Positions 38,279 through 49,578 of a stretch of 64,000 nt of DNA are shown in pieces. The stretch's first letter is position 1. Each line of letters begins with the position of its first letter. The translations under genes and the position numbers were made by a program. This stretch comes from Spirochaetia bacterium (GTDB lineage: Bacteria > Spirochaetota > Spirochaetia > DSM-16054 > Sediminispirochaetaceae), in the NCBI GenBank assembly GCA_034520965.1, contig JAXHMY010000001.1, positions 352,001 through 416,000 of the forward strand, given 5' to 3'. The notes beneath the pieces are model-generated. The model had not been told where the DNA came from and did not search any database. It worked only from the letters and a program-made list of their open reading frames with translations.

Positions 38279-39921
38279 TCAATCATCTCTGCGAGGAACT
38301 ATACGAACTACAATTCCTGAAAGAAGCACAAGGCCGGACAAAACAATCGCAATAACCGGGAAATAATTTCCCCAACGAGTGTAAGGTGTAGTACGTTCGG
38401 TGTATATCGGTACCGAACTAATCATATAATCCCGCACAAAGGGGTCCATCATATCAATGATCCGCCCATCAGGGTCTATAGTGGCGGTCATTCCTGAATT
38501 CGTACCCCTGACTAAACTTCGACGGTTCTCAATAGCCCTGAAGACAGCCATTCCAAGGTGCTGCATTTGTGATGCCACCGACCCCGACCAGGAATCGTTG
38601 GTCATATTTACAATTACTTCGGCCCCTTCGCGAACAAACCGTCGCGAAATATATCCAAATACATCCTCAAAGCAGATGGGAGTAGAAAATTTTACTCCTC
38701 CCACCTCAAACACGGTATACTCCGTCCCCTCTTCCCAAAAATGATAATCCTTTTCCAAGAGTAATTGATAAAACCTTGGAAAAATATGACCATAGGGAAA
38801 GTGTTCCGTAAAGGGAACTAAGTGGGTTTTCCGGTAGGTTTCCTTAAGCTCATTTTCGTGATACAGCAGGACCGCATTATAATCTACCCGATTATAACTT
38901 CCATCCGCTGCAACCGGCGGCAGGTTTGGATCGGCAAGCTGCCCGTCATCGTTTCCGGTTAAGAAGGGTACCGATTGGCCCTGCATAAACTCACGAAAAT
39001 CTCTAACAAGTGCATACCTATCCCCATCGGTGCGGTATTTCGTATGCCAGTCGACACCAGGAACAAAAGCAGTTTCAGACCAGATTACAATTTCCGGATT
39101 ATGCTCTAATGCCTGCTCGCTGAGCGTTTTCAGGCTGTCCAGATTTCTCCGGTATGTGCGTACCCCTCCCGCCCAGGTATCGGCATTGTGCTGAATCAAT
39201 GCAACTTTCCATTGCTGATGATCTGAGTAATCCTGTTGTACGGCAACACCATAGATTAAAGTAATAAGCATTAACCCGGCATATCCACCGAGTTCGAGCT
39301 TATGGAGCATGATAAAGCCGCGCAGACCTTGAAGTCCATCTTTTATCGCGTTACCTATATAAGCGGAAAAGAACACTACCAGCGCTGATACACCCCAAAA
39401 GCCGGTGAGTGCGGATATTTGTATAAAAGGAATAAACTGGTACTGGGAATATCCAATATTTCCATAGGGATATCCTAAATATCCCTTTGATCTTAGGTAC
39501 TCATACCCAATCCATATCAATACTTGAATAAGATATCCGTACCGTGGGAATAGTGTATCCGCCAGTTTCAGTAGAGGAAACACAATAAGAAAGTATACCG
39601 CATAAATTGTGGGCACAATTAGAATCGCGAGTGGATGAAATGTCGATAACCAGAAGTTAAACAGGGCATACGAAAGGAATCCGTACAGCACACCGTACAC
39701 TGCAATTAATTTCCAGCTGCTGCGGTGTACTAATACAAATACAGGAACCAGGGCGATAAAAGCAAGTGCTCCAAAGCCCTCCTCCGATACAAAACTGGGA
39801 AAAGACAGAGCAAACAGAAGAGCTCCGCCTACTAATAAAACTAACTAATCTCAATTTTTTTGCCTGCAATTTTTTTGACGGTCGGTTTCCATGAAGCTTG
39901 TGCTGATAATGCCGTTTTCAC
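38279..39921 (-). CDS. lnt: Apolipoprotein N-acyltransferase (frameshift near 39843)
   Basis: WSETA, YRKTHLVPFTE, PICFED, NMTNDSW, FRAIENRR; N-terminal TMs (FALSFPS) continue upstream to a GTG at 39921. Confidence 0.93.
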
Positions 39922-39946
39922 TTTAAGAGTTCCAATGCCGAAAGGT

Positions 39947-40255
39947 TTATTTTTCACTCCGTAGAGGCCATGCAAGCTGCTTAAGCTCTTTTCCAGGACG
40001 AAATACAGCTACCCCATGGGTGTCGACCGGTACAATTTCGCCGGTCTTGGGGTTTCGAGCCTTCTCACGTCCCTTGCGGGTACGAATTTCAAAAGTTCCA
40101 AAACCCCTTAACTCAATTACTCGATCGTCCTGAAGAGCTTCTTTAAGCTCTTCGAAAAACTCATCGATGACATCGTGAATCTCATTACGACTCACACTCA
40201 GCTTTTCATGGATCTGATCGATAATTTCTGCCTTTGTCAATTTATTTCTATCCAT
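39947..40255 (-). CDS. HU/IHF-family DNA-binding protein (Hbb-like)
   Basis: IELRGFGTF, ARNPKTGE, FRPGKELK; directly downstream of rpsT. Confidence 0.95.
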   Translation of the reverse strand: MDRNKLTKAEIIDQIHEKLSVSRNEIHDVIDEFFEELKEALQDDRVIELRGFGTFEIRTRKGREKARNPKTGEIVPVDTHGVAVFRPGKELKQLAWPLRSEK

Positions 40256-40279
40256 GATCCGCCTCTCATCTTAAAAATA

Positions 40280-40549
40280 TTACGATTGTACCTTTAATGA
40301 ATTCAGCTTCTTCCGCATGCGCGATTTTGTCCGCGCTGCAGCGTTTTTATGAAAAACGCCTTTTCTCGATACTCGATCAATAAGCCGTTCTGCCTCAGCA
40401 TACGCCTTTTGTGCATCTTCCGGGTTATTGCCTTTTACTGCTAACTGAAATTTTCTTTGAGCCGTTCTTACTCCGCTGCGTGCAGCACGGTTACGCAATC
40501 TGCGTTTCAAATTCTGTCGTTGTCTTTTTTCTGCTGATAGTCCTGCCAA
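40280..40549 (-). CDS. rpsT: 30S ribosomal protein S20 (probable TTG start)
   Basis: SAEKRQRQ..RRLRN, KGVFHKNAAARTKSR; GGAGGA SD precedes the TTG at 40549. Confidence 0.95.
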   Translation of the reverse strand: MAGLSAEKRQRQNLKRRLRNRAARSGVRTAQRKFQLAVKGNNPEDAQKAYAEAERLIDRVSRKGVFHKNAAARTKSRMRKKLNSLKVQS

Positions 40550-40616
40550 GCGCCTATCCTCCATTCTATATAAATAATTATAAGTAAATCTTGTTCCAAT
40601 TTATCTGCGGTAGCAC

Positions 40617-40645
40617 AAGCTACCAAATTACTTCAGTACTGTCAA
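40617..40645 (-). promoter_or_regulatory. Sigma70 promoter of rpsT-hbb
   Basis: TTGACA-17 nt-TAGCTT with TGn; the -35 overlaps the upstream stop codon. Confidence 0.7.
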
Positions 40646-41590
40646 GTAATTATATCATCAATCTTTACATTCCAATAGCGGGAAGTTTCATTCCAGCTGA
40701 AGTTTTCTTCCGGTACATCAAGAGTCCTTCCATCCCTAGACTGAAGCCTAATCCTTTTAGCAAGAATGTTCACTTCTGTTACCTTGAAATCGTCGTTTTT
40801 CACTCGAATTCGGTTACCCTCTTGGGGCAGACGGTTTTTCTCTTCCTTGTAAAAGTCATATTCATAGGCTAAACAGCAGAGCAGCCGTCCACAGGGGCCT
40901 GAAATTTTCATAGAATTGAGTGAAAGGTTCTGTTCTTTGGCCATTTTTATGGAAACCGGATTTAGCTTGTCCGTCACCCCATTGCAGCAATAATCCCGGC
41001 CGCATACGGCCAAACCGCCCAGTACCCTGGACTCGTCTCTTACTCCGATCTGCCGCAGTTCGATCCGCATCTTAAACACCGCCACTAGGTCCTTCACCAG
41101 TTCACGGAAATCTACCCGGGCATCGGCTGTAAAAAAGAACAGAATTTTCGGCTCATCAACCATATAATGCGCCGCTACCAGCTTCATATCTAAATTATGA
41201 TTCTTAATCTTTTCCCGGCAGATATCCAATGCTTCTGCCTCTTTTTCGAGGTTTTTCTCATATTCACTTATATCCTGGCTGGAGGCACGACGGGAGACCT
41301 CCTCGACGTCCTTCATGTCATAGTTCTCGACATGCTTGATATGACCAAGCACATAGGCAAGGTCTTTTCCATAACGACCGGGCACCACCAGATAATCGCC
41401 CTTCTCAAAAACTTCGCTCAAGGGATTAGTATGAATCGTGTTCTCCATCCAGCGAACAAATTTTACCAGCAGTACTTTAGAGCTGTTCTGAACCTGTTCT
41501 TCAGACAGATGTGCAGTACCCTTCCACCACCTTTTCGCTGGAGCCCTCCTGTTCGGCACCATTCATAGACTGGATATCATTATCGCTCAT
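40642..41590 (-). CDS. PSP1/YaaT (RicT-like) iron-sulfur protein (frameshift near the N-terminus)
   Basis: RVDFRELVKDL, RIELRQIGVRDE, CGRDYCC, KISGPCGRLLCCLAYE; ATG 41590 with AGGAG SD. Confidence 0.9.
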
Positions 41591-41603
41591 GCGTAAAACT
41601 CCT

Positions 41604-42098
41604 TTAATGCAGTAAATCTACTATCATGCCATTAATTTCTTCTACACGTTTTAAAATGTCAAGTTGTGTAAATTGGCTCTGCAAAATTCCGGAAGCAAGC
41701 TGCTCCAGTCTTTCATTGACCACTTTGATGATAGTAAACTTCTTTTGCTTCTTCAATGGATGGTAATGTGCACCTTCGATCTGTTCAGCTTCCAGGGCGT
41801 GCTTTGAAATATACTGTAGAAAATCGCTTACCGCCTTTCGATAGTCCTTTATATTGCCCAGAGAAGGACTTTCCTTCAACTGCTCGCCACTGCTGTGCAG
41901 CTGATCAACCAGCTCTTCTATATCCGCATCAATATGCGCCGGATATTTACCACCCACCGGGGACAATTGCCGTTCCTGCTGTTCCGAGACAATCCTAGAA
42001 AAATGAGGCACTCCTTCAGATGATTGTGTCTTTTCCTTTGACGGGGTATTCCTGGGCCATTTAAAACGATTGTTTTTTAAAGGATCGATTGGTTCCAT
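41604..42098 (-). CDS. YaaR/DUF327 family protein
   Basis: GEQLKESPS..IKDYRKAV..FL and VEEINGMIVDL patterns. Confidence 0.82.
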   Translation of the reverse strand: MEPIDPLKNNRFKWPRNTPSKEKTQSSEGVPHFSRIVSEQQERQLSPVGGKYPAHIDADIEELVDQLHSSGEQLKESPSLGNIKDYRKAVSDFLQYISKHALEAEQIEGAHYHPLKKQKKFTIIKVVNERLEQLASGILQSQFTQLDILKRVEEINGMIVDLLH

Positions 42099-42550
42099 TA
42101 GCCGGATTTATAAAGGGGGTTGTAGCGATCGATCGATTGCTCGGCTGTATCTTGTGAATATGAGGAATCTGAATAGTCGGTTTCTTGATTTTTCTGTTTT
42201 TCTTGAAAACTGAGTATTTTACAGCGCCCGTTCAACACAACGCCGTCTTCGACCATTAAGCGAGGCGTAGTAACATTGCCGAGCACCATTCCGGTTGAAA
42301 GAACAACCACCTTTTCAGTGGAGTAAATATCGCCTTTCACAACCCCGCCGACTACTACAGTACCGGCATGGATCGAACATTCCGCCCGTCCGTTACGACC
42401 AATTAGTACTTTATCGGCCTTTTCGATATTCCCTCGAAAATCACCATCTATGCGGAATAATCCACTCATAGAGATGTCACCTGAAAATGAGGCTCCCTCT
42501 CCAATAATAGAATTGATAAATACACCATTTAAGTCTAGTTGTTCACTCAT
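42098..42550 (-). CDS. Bactofilin
   Basis: NSIIGEG.SFSGDI...GLFRIDGDF.G ... VLNGRC. Confidence 0.92.
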   Translation of the reverse strand: MSEQLDLNGVFINSIIGEGASFSGDISMSGLFRIDGDFRGNIEKADKVLIGRNGRAECSIHAGTVVVGGVVKGDIYSTEKVVVLSTGMVLGNVTTPRLMVEDGVVLNGRCKILSFQEKQKNQETDYSDSSYSQDTAEQSIDRYNPLYKSG

Positions 42551-42567
42551 GAGTTTTCCGTATTAAT

Positions 42568-43598
42568 TTATCTAAGATCAGCTTGTACATTTAAGAAACG
42601 CTCAGGGTCTACTACCTGAGCACCAATACGTACCTCAAAATGGAGATGCGGACCGGTAGACATGCCTGTGTTACCCATGGTACCAATTTTTTGTCCCTGT
42701 GTCACGACATCACCCTCTTCAACGTACACGTTATCAAGGTGCGCATACTTGGTGGCAAAACCGTACGCATGACGTATCACTATGTAGTTTCCAAAGCCCA
42801 TTGGCTCATACTTTCTTTCTATAACTTTTCCATTTGCCGCTGCAACGTGATCAAACCTGCCGGTAGGCAGCATATCTAGAACCTCTTGCGGTGCAGATAC
42901 CATTGCTGGGTAAAGGGGTGAACCTCAGGACCAAAATAGTTGGTAATACGCCCGATACCCCCGCTCACCGGCCAGTAGGTGGGCAATTCTACTAATAAGT
43001 CGCCCTGCGACTTGAGTAGATTCTGGACTTTGTCTAAAGATTCGGTAGAGGCCTGCATAAACTCTTTTATATTGCGCAATTCACTTACTTCACGCATAAT
43101 ACCGCTATCCTGCTCTTCTAAATTGATGAACGAGGATAGATCGCCTGCAGCGGCAGTAGTCTCATTCTCATCTTCCGTAAAAACCCCGAAGGAGCCGAGA
43201 GTATTTACAAGAGAGTGCTCGAAGTCGCGAGATACCTGCCGCAATTCGACAATCTCATCGCGCACCATCTCTAGAATTTGCCTCGCGTATTTTGCAAATT
43301 TGACTGATTCCGCACTAACATATTGGAAAGGCCGCTGAAACGAGTAGAAAAGGTAAAAAAAGCAGCCAATAGACCTACAAACAGAATTCCAAAGAATATG
43401 AGTGAGAAAACAGAGACGTGGAAGTTAAATATTTTTCGCTCAGAGTGGGGAATCAGCATTACAGTAAAACGCTGCTTTACCTAGGGAAATGAGTTTTTGT
43501 ATTCCCCCGGCTATTGTCGAGAAAAACCTGGAGAAGATCCGTAGAATAAAATCATAAAGCCTTTTTTCTACTTTTTTGTACTGATTTGCCGGGGACAT
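42568..43598 (-). CDS. M23 family metallo-endopeptidase with N-terminal TM and coiled coil (several frameshifts)
   Basis: Pieces in 4 frame segments: FTVMLIPHSE, PTYWPV..G.ITNYFG..HPF, YAHL, MGNTGMSTGPHLHFEV..VDP. Confidence 0.88.
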
Positions 43599-43640
43599 CC
43601 TTACTCCTCACTGTGCTGTTTACTACAGTAAACCGTTAAA

Positions 43641-43704
43641 AGGTTACCACGCCTAAAAAAAATTGTCAAATACAATTGACCGCTCCTACGTTTCATGCTA
43701 TTGT
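43641..43704. promoter_or_regulatory. Back-to-back sigma70 promoters (M23 operon, tatD operon)
   Basis: Minus: TTGACA(43664-69)-17-TAACCT with TGn; plus: TTGACC(43676-81)-17-TATTGT with TGn. Confidence 0.7.
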
Positions 43705-43758
43705 GCAGCTATATTAGTAAAAGCCACACAAAAATCTTATTAAAATCGGAAAAGAACT

Positions 43759-44562
43759 ATGCAGTTATTTGATACCCATGCACACATTGGATTAATAAAC
43801 GAAGATCCAATCGAACAGTTGTTAATCGTACAGGAAGCTAAACAGTCGGACGTAAAAAAAGTCATGAGCATATGTAATAGCCTTTACGATTTTTTTCAGG
43901 TCTACCGAAACCACTGAAAACGGCAAAAACGGTGTATACCACAGCATCGGTGTCTCACCATCCGAAGTTATCAATCCCGGAAAAGATTGGGCCCTCCAAA
44001 TTGAGGAAGGCAGCCAGAAAGACCGGGTGGTTGCACTTGGAGAAATCGGATTGGACTACTGTGGAAAATTGGGGCAGGGCAAGACAGTCAAATTGAGCTT
44101 TTTATTCATCAACTTGAGCTGGCCGACCAAATAGAACTGCCGGTCATCATTCACAATCGCGAGGCCGGCGAAGATGTTCTAAATATCCTGAAGGATAAGC
44201 TACCTCCCAGAGGTGGTGTGCTGCACTGCTATTCGGAAGATTGGAAGTACGCCCAGGAAGCCCTCAAGCTGAATCTCTACATCTCCTTTGCAGGTAATGT
44301 AACCTATAGAAATGCACGGAACCTGCACGAGACAGCAAAAAACATGCCCCTTGATCGCATGCTCATCGAAACTGAGAGTCCCTTTATGGTACCGGCTCAA
44401 TACCGCGGCAAACGCAACCGTCCATCTTATCTGGGAGCCACAGCCGAGTTTATCGCTGAACTGCGTGAGGAACCGCTGGAAGAAGTAGCGGAGCACCCTC
44501 TACGACGACGGCCTCTGGCGTTCTTGGCATCTCAGAGTAAGAGCAGGCGCCGCTTTCCATGA
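43759..44562 (+). CDS. tatD: TatD family DNase (several frameshifts; end approximate)
   Basis: FDTHAH, GEIGLDY, IIHNREA, VLHCYS, LIETESPF, RGKRN.P. Confidence 0.88.
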
Positions 44563-45678
44563 AAAATTCCTTATATCACAGTATTCAACTGCCCGGATTA
44601 ACCCTTCCGGGCAATCTCCTCAGCCCCCTGGCCGGTTACACCAGCGTTTGGGAAATAGCTACAAACTACGGGGCAGACTTCTGTTATACCGAAATGGTTT
44701 CGGCCGAAGCGATCGCTCGCGGGAACCAAAAAACACACGACCTCATGGAACGGGGGGACAGTGAAGAGGCGCTGGGCATACAAATATTCCTCTCCCGGCC
44801 CGACCAAGCTGAGCGTGCGCTCCCCGGAATACTCAGTTACTCTCCTAGCCTGATCGACATAAACTGCGGCTGTCCCGTACCAAAAGTAGTGAAAACCGGT
44901 GCCGGCGCCTCCCTTATGCAGCAGCCTGATAGGATATACGCAATTGTTCGTAGTCTCAGTTCTGCCACTGAAATTCCCATCACGGTCAAAATACGCTCCG
45001 GCTGGAATGAGTCATCGATAAACTTTGAAGAAGCGGGCAGAGCTGCTGTAGAAGGCGGGGCTTCGATGCTGGGAATCCATGCCCGCACCCGACTTCAGGG
45101 CTACTCAGGCAGTTCCCGCTGGGAGCATATCGCCAGGTTGGCGGAACTCCTGCCGGTCCCTAGTCGTTGGAGATCGCGAAGCCTCTCAGCCCTCAGTTCA
45201 GCTGTGGACATGCTGCAGCAGACCGGATGTGCCGGAGTTATGTTCGCCGCCGGAGCGATTCGGGAACCCCACGGTTTCCCAGACAGACCCGCAATCCTGC
45301 TTTCAGGGGTGCAGCCAAATGGCCTTGCACGCACGGATGGTGCCGCTCGGGCTGATGCAGGCGGAGCGGACCCAGATGGAGGCGCGGGATGCGCAGCCTG
45401 TGCAGGCCGCCTAACTATCGGCTATTACCACTTGCTAGCAGGGAACTTCACTACCGGGGGGAATGAGCACTACGGCGCCTGCGCCGGAAATGAAGAAAGA
45501 TTTAAGCGCGTATACCAAGGGATTCCCGGACAGCTCTAATTTGCGCAATAAACTGATGCGCTGCACCTCTCAGGACTGCTATCGAAAGGTCCTTCAGGAC
45601 TACTTGCAGCATTATTTTTCAGTTGATCTTCAAGAAAAACTCGAGCCCCCTAGCCAGGCTAATGAGCCGCGGTCTTGA
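44559..45678 (+). CDS. dusB: tRNA-dihydrouridine synthase, DusB-like (several frameshifts)
   Basis: PLAGYT, TEMVS, IDINCGCPVPKV, TVKIRSG, IHARTR; the C-terminal AYTKG..LR segment is in ORF 45463-45678. Confidence 0.82.
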
Positions 45679-45741
45679 GAAGATCTATTTAAAATGTAAG
45701 AATGGGTATCATCAGCGAATTCACCGACTGTGGAGGTTCAC

Positions 45742-47014
45742 GTGAAAGTTCTTATACTCGGGTCCGGCGCTAAAGCACATGCCTTGGCATGGGCTCTGGA
45801 AAAAAGCCACTTAATAACAGGACTGTATGTAGCACCAGGTAATTCCGGTACCGCCGAGACGAAAATATAGCACTCAACGACCCAAATAATCCTGCAGAGG
45901 TCACCGAACTGTGTACCTCATGGTCAATCGACTACTGTCTTGTAGCCACCGCAGCGGCACAACACAACGGCATGGTTGAAGCTTTAGAGAGGGCCGGGGT
46001 GAGGGCTTTTGGGGCCACGAAGGCTGCGGCGCAGCTGGAACAGGATAGGCATTACGCTCGCGAATTTATGCAACGCCACGGGGTTCCAACCACCGATGGC
46101 AGAAGAGTTTTCTGAGTTTGAAAGTTTCAAACAGTATATAGAGGCCCACCCGGGGGAGCACCTCGTACTAAAACGAAATCATCCAGTTTCAAATATGAAT
46201 GTATTCGATTCCGCGGATAGCAGCAAACTAACCGCCTTTGGAAAGCAAATTTTAGAAGAAGATACCCTTCTGGTAGAGAAATTCGAAACCGGCTATAACC
46301 TGTCCATATCGGCCTTTATTGATGGCAAGAGCCATTTGATTCTTCCCCCGGCTTCCGATTACACCAAAGCCATGGATAACGACACCGGTGCCATTACAAA
46401 CGGAATGGGGGCCATTTGTCCGGTCCCCGTCCTCTCGTCCCGTATACACTTGAGTTTGCTCACAGAAATAATTGAGCCAACCTTAAAGGGTTTGCAAGAT
46501 GAGCAGCTAAGCTACAAAGGGGTTTTCTTTTTCAGCTTGCTGATTCAGAATGATGGAGCAAAACTTACCTCGTATCATGTTAGGATTCCGGTAACCCTGA
46601 GGCGCCAGGTCGTCGCTGCCGCTCGTGGGGTCGGACTTTTGCTGAGCCTGCTGCGCGGCTATCGATAAGCCAAACCTCGATGAGTTCGATTCTTGAGCTT
46701 TCAACACGGGGATGCCGCGGTCGGGGTAGCTACTGCCAAGGAGAAGGCTTACTTCACGGAGCGGCGGGCGCGCCTGGCAGGCAGTTAGGTTCGATTCGGC
46801 CTTCCCCGAGCGGGAAGCACTCGTTTTCCACGGAGCTACCCACAAAAACGGAGATGGACACATTTACACCAACGGGGGACGCTGTTTTACGGTGGTAGGA
46901 CTCGGAGAAAATATTGTAAAAGCGAACACCCATGCTTACAAGGGTATCAAGAGAGTTTCCTTCCCGGGAGCATGGAACCGGAAAGATATTGGTACCAGGT
47001 TTTTCGAAGAGTAA
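45742..47014 (+). CDS. purD: Divergent phosphoribosylamine--glycine ligase (PurD)-like ATP-grasp protein (several frameshifts)
   Basis: KVLILGSG..HALAW, YVAPGNSGT, DTG..T.GMGA.CP, IIEPTL.GL, YKGV, C-terminal RKDIG; GGAGG SD before GTG. Confidence 0.75.
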
Positions 47015-47043
47015 GTCCTTTCATCCCCTGAATGAGGGCTGCT

Positions 47044-47778
47044 CTAGGGCTGCCGTCGCAGCTCATACAGCATAATCCCAGCTGCCACCGACACATTAAG
47101 TGAATCAACTCGTCCACTGGTCGGTATAGTTACCACGTAATCACACTCTTCAAGAATCAATCTACTCAAGCCCTTGCCTTCAGCCCCCAGCACCACCACT
47201 GCACGCTCGTCAAACTCGACATTTTGCAATTTTGTCCCTTTGATATCGGCACCATATACCCAGAAACCGGCCTCTTTTAGTTCGCTAATACTTCTACGTA
47301 GGTTTTTAACTACCACCACAGGAATATACGCACTTGCCCCCGCAGAAGTCTTGTTCACCGTACTGCTCAGCTTAGCACTTCTGCGCTCGGGTAACACGAC
47401 CAGATCAACACCAAACTGATCAGCACTGCGAAGAATTGCCCCTAGGTTTTGAGGATCAGTGATCTCGTCCAGCACGAGAACCACCGAGTTCTTCAGCTCC
47501 ATTGATTCAACTGACTCAATAAAGGCTTTCACGTCTTTATACTTTGTTTTTACCGACTTCTGCAGATACACGGCCCCACGGTGTTCCTGCCCCTCCCCCG
47601 CCAGCTTATTGAGGGCTTCATCAGACTCTCGTTTTACCGCAACCCGTTTTTCTTCGGCCAGTTTTACCAGAGAGTCTATTCGGGGCCGATTTTACGACTG
47701 CGCATACAGGGTCCCCTTTCCCTTCCCTGTTTTTAGGGCCTCTTCAATTGCATGAAAGCCACTAATTCCTGTCTGCAT
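47044..47778 (-). CDS. rlmB: 23S rRNA Gm2251 2'-O-methyltransferase, SpoU family (frameshift near 47695)
   Basis: GFHAIEEAL, HRGAV, LDEITDPQNLGAILRSA, LGAEGKG, SLNVSVA. Confidence 0.9.
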
Positions 47779-48253
47779 TAATTTTTCTCTCCGTCATCGT
47801 TTTCTTCGATATCATAATTTTTTACGCGGTCCATAGTACCATCAAAATTGGTATCTTCCTCATACACGGCAATATATACCCCCTCTTCGAGGTAGACCCA
47901 AATATCTATATATCCATCGGCGTTTGAATCTATTGCTCTCTGAAATGAGTGCTCCATCTGATCATACATGTCAAAGTCGTCCATTTAGCACGCGTCATGG
48001 TCAAAATCAAGCACCCTCCATCATTTTTTTTCCATCGTTCTCCGGTCTTAATCGAGGTCAGTGGATTTTTCTTCACGTTCTGATTCGAATCAAGTTCAAT
48101 GGCGGGTTCAGCATCTTCAAGGTCATAAAATTCTTCCATCCGCGCATCAACACTCAGATCTCGAGTCTTATCTTCCTCGGCCCCAAGCGGCGCACCCAAT
48201 ACTATTAACAGAATTAAGATACCCGCAAGTATCACCAATTTTCTATTTAGCAC
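47778..48253 (-). CDS. Exported acidic protein with repeated D-x-[DN]-x-D-G motifs (frameshifted)
   Basis: Signal peptide in ORF 47930-48253; DSNADGYID and DTNFDGTMD in ORF 47778-47984. Confidence 0.65.
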
Positions 48254-48356
48254 TCATCACTCCTGTTAAATGCTCACTCACCTGGTTCTAGGGTGGCAGG
48301 ATTTCCACTTTCTACTTATCGGTCGGCACCCTTTATAACATTTAGAAATCCATAAC

Positions 48357-48387
48357 AAAAAACGCCGACCACCAAAGGCAATCGACG
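48357..48387 (-). terminator. Intrinsic terminator after dnaJ
   Basis: Minus strand CGTCGATTGCC-TTT-GGTGGTCGGCG then T6. Confidence 0.75.
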
Positions 48388-48417
48388 CTCATTGAACCGG
48401 TTAGATTCATTTTACCT

Positions 48418-49563
48418 TCACGTACTAAGTTCTGCCAGAGGTACCGGATCTGGAGATTTGTTTTCTCCCTCCAGCTCAGAAAGCTCTTTCAGAAGCTCCT
48501 TGCCCCGGGCAGAGAGCTTCTTCGGTACCTCAACCCGGATCTTTATGTAAAGGTCACCCCTGCGGTTGCTATTATGCAGGTGGGGTACCCCTTCGTTTTT
48601 CAGTCGCAAAACCTTTCCATTCTGGGTGGACGACGGCACCTTCACCCTCACCTTCTTTCCCTCAAGAGTAGGAACCATAATTTCGGCTCCAAGGGCAGCT
48701 TGTGTAAAGGTAATTGGAATTACACAATAAATATCGTTCCCGTGCCGTTCAAAATAGTCATGGGGCTGCACACGAACATATACATACAGATCTCCAGAGG
48801 GTCCCCCGCTCGGGCCGGCATCTCCCTGACCGGGTATATTGATGCGCTTTCCACTTTCAATTCCCGGTGGAATCGTAACCTTCAGTTTCTGCGGCTTTGA
48901 GATAACCCCGTTTCCTTTACACATGTCACAGGGGTTTTCAATTATATACCCCTCTCCGCTACAAGTTGGACATGGCGAGGCAATAGAGAAAAAACCGGAA
49001 CTCCGACGAACCTGGCCGCTGCCCCCACAAGTGGGGCAGACTTTACGTCCGCTGCCGGTCTCAGCTCCATTTCCACCGCATCCCGGACAGGTCACATGAC
49101 GTTCATAGGAAATTTCTACTTTAGTTCCAAAAACGGCATCTTTGAAAGGTATTTCTAAATTATAGCGAAGATCAGCACCGCGCTGAGCCGATGTCCGCGA
49201 AGAGCCGCGACGTCCGCCGCCGCCTCCACCGCCAAAAAAAGAGCCGAAGATGTCGCCAAAATCACCAAATATATCTTCAAAATCTCGGAAGCCGGAGGAG
49301 AAGTCCTGGGAACCTCCTCCGCCGCCACCGCCCATGCCTTCGACACCGGCAAAACCAAATTGATCATAGGCTTGCCGTTTTTTATCGTCACTGAGCACTT
49401 CATATGCCTCGGAGGCTTCCTTGAACAACTCTTCAGCCTTGGAATCCTCCGGGTTACGGTCTGGATGATATTTGACTGCAAGCTTTCGGTATGCTTTTTT
49501 TATGTCGTCCTTGGAGGCTCCTTTCGGAACCCCCAGAACTTCGTAGTAGTCTCGTTTAGCCAC
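48418..49563 (-). CDS. dnaJ: Chaperone DnaJ
   Basis: J domain with HPD, G/F-rich region, four CxxCxGxG repeats. Confidence 0.98.
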   Translation of the reverse strand: MAKRDYYEVLGVPKGASKDDIKKAYRKLAVKYHPDRNPEDSKAEELFKEASEAYEVLSDDKKRQAYDQFGFAGVEGMGGGGGGGSQDFSSGFRDFEDIFGDFGDIFGSFFGGGGGGGRRGSSRTSAQRGADLRYNLEIPFKDAVFGTKVEISYERHVTCPGCGGNGAETGSGRKVCPTCGGSGQVRRSSGFFSIASPCPTCSGEGYIIENPCDMCKGNGVISKPQKLKVTIPPGIESGKRINIPGQGDAGPSGGPSGDLYVYVRVQPHDYFERHGNDIYCVIPITFTQAALGAEIMVPTLEGKKVRVKVPSSTQNGKVLRLKNEGVPHLHNSNRRGDLYIKIRVEVPKKLSARGKELLKELSELEGENKSPDPVPLAELST

Positions 49564-49578
49564 AGTTTAACTCACCCT

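Noticed and set aside
45310..45410. GC-rich apparent insertion in the dus gene
   Set aside because: Lies in the most error-rich interval and has no terminal repeats; cannot be told apart from bad consensus
48247..48255. CIRCE element (TTAGCACTC)
   Set aside because: Only one half-site, overlapping a start codon downstream of dnaJ; no partner at N9 spacing
48315..48347. Possible sigma28 promoter (TAAA...CCGATAA) on the minus strand
   Set aside because: Spacing does not fit TAAA-N15-GCCGATAA
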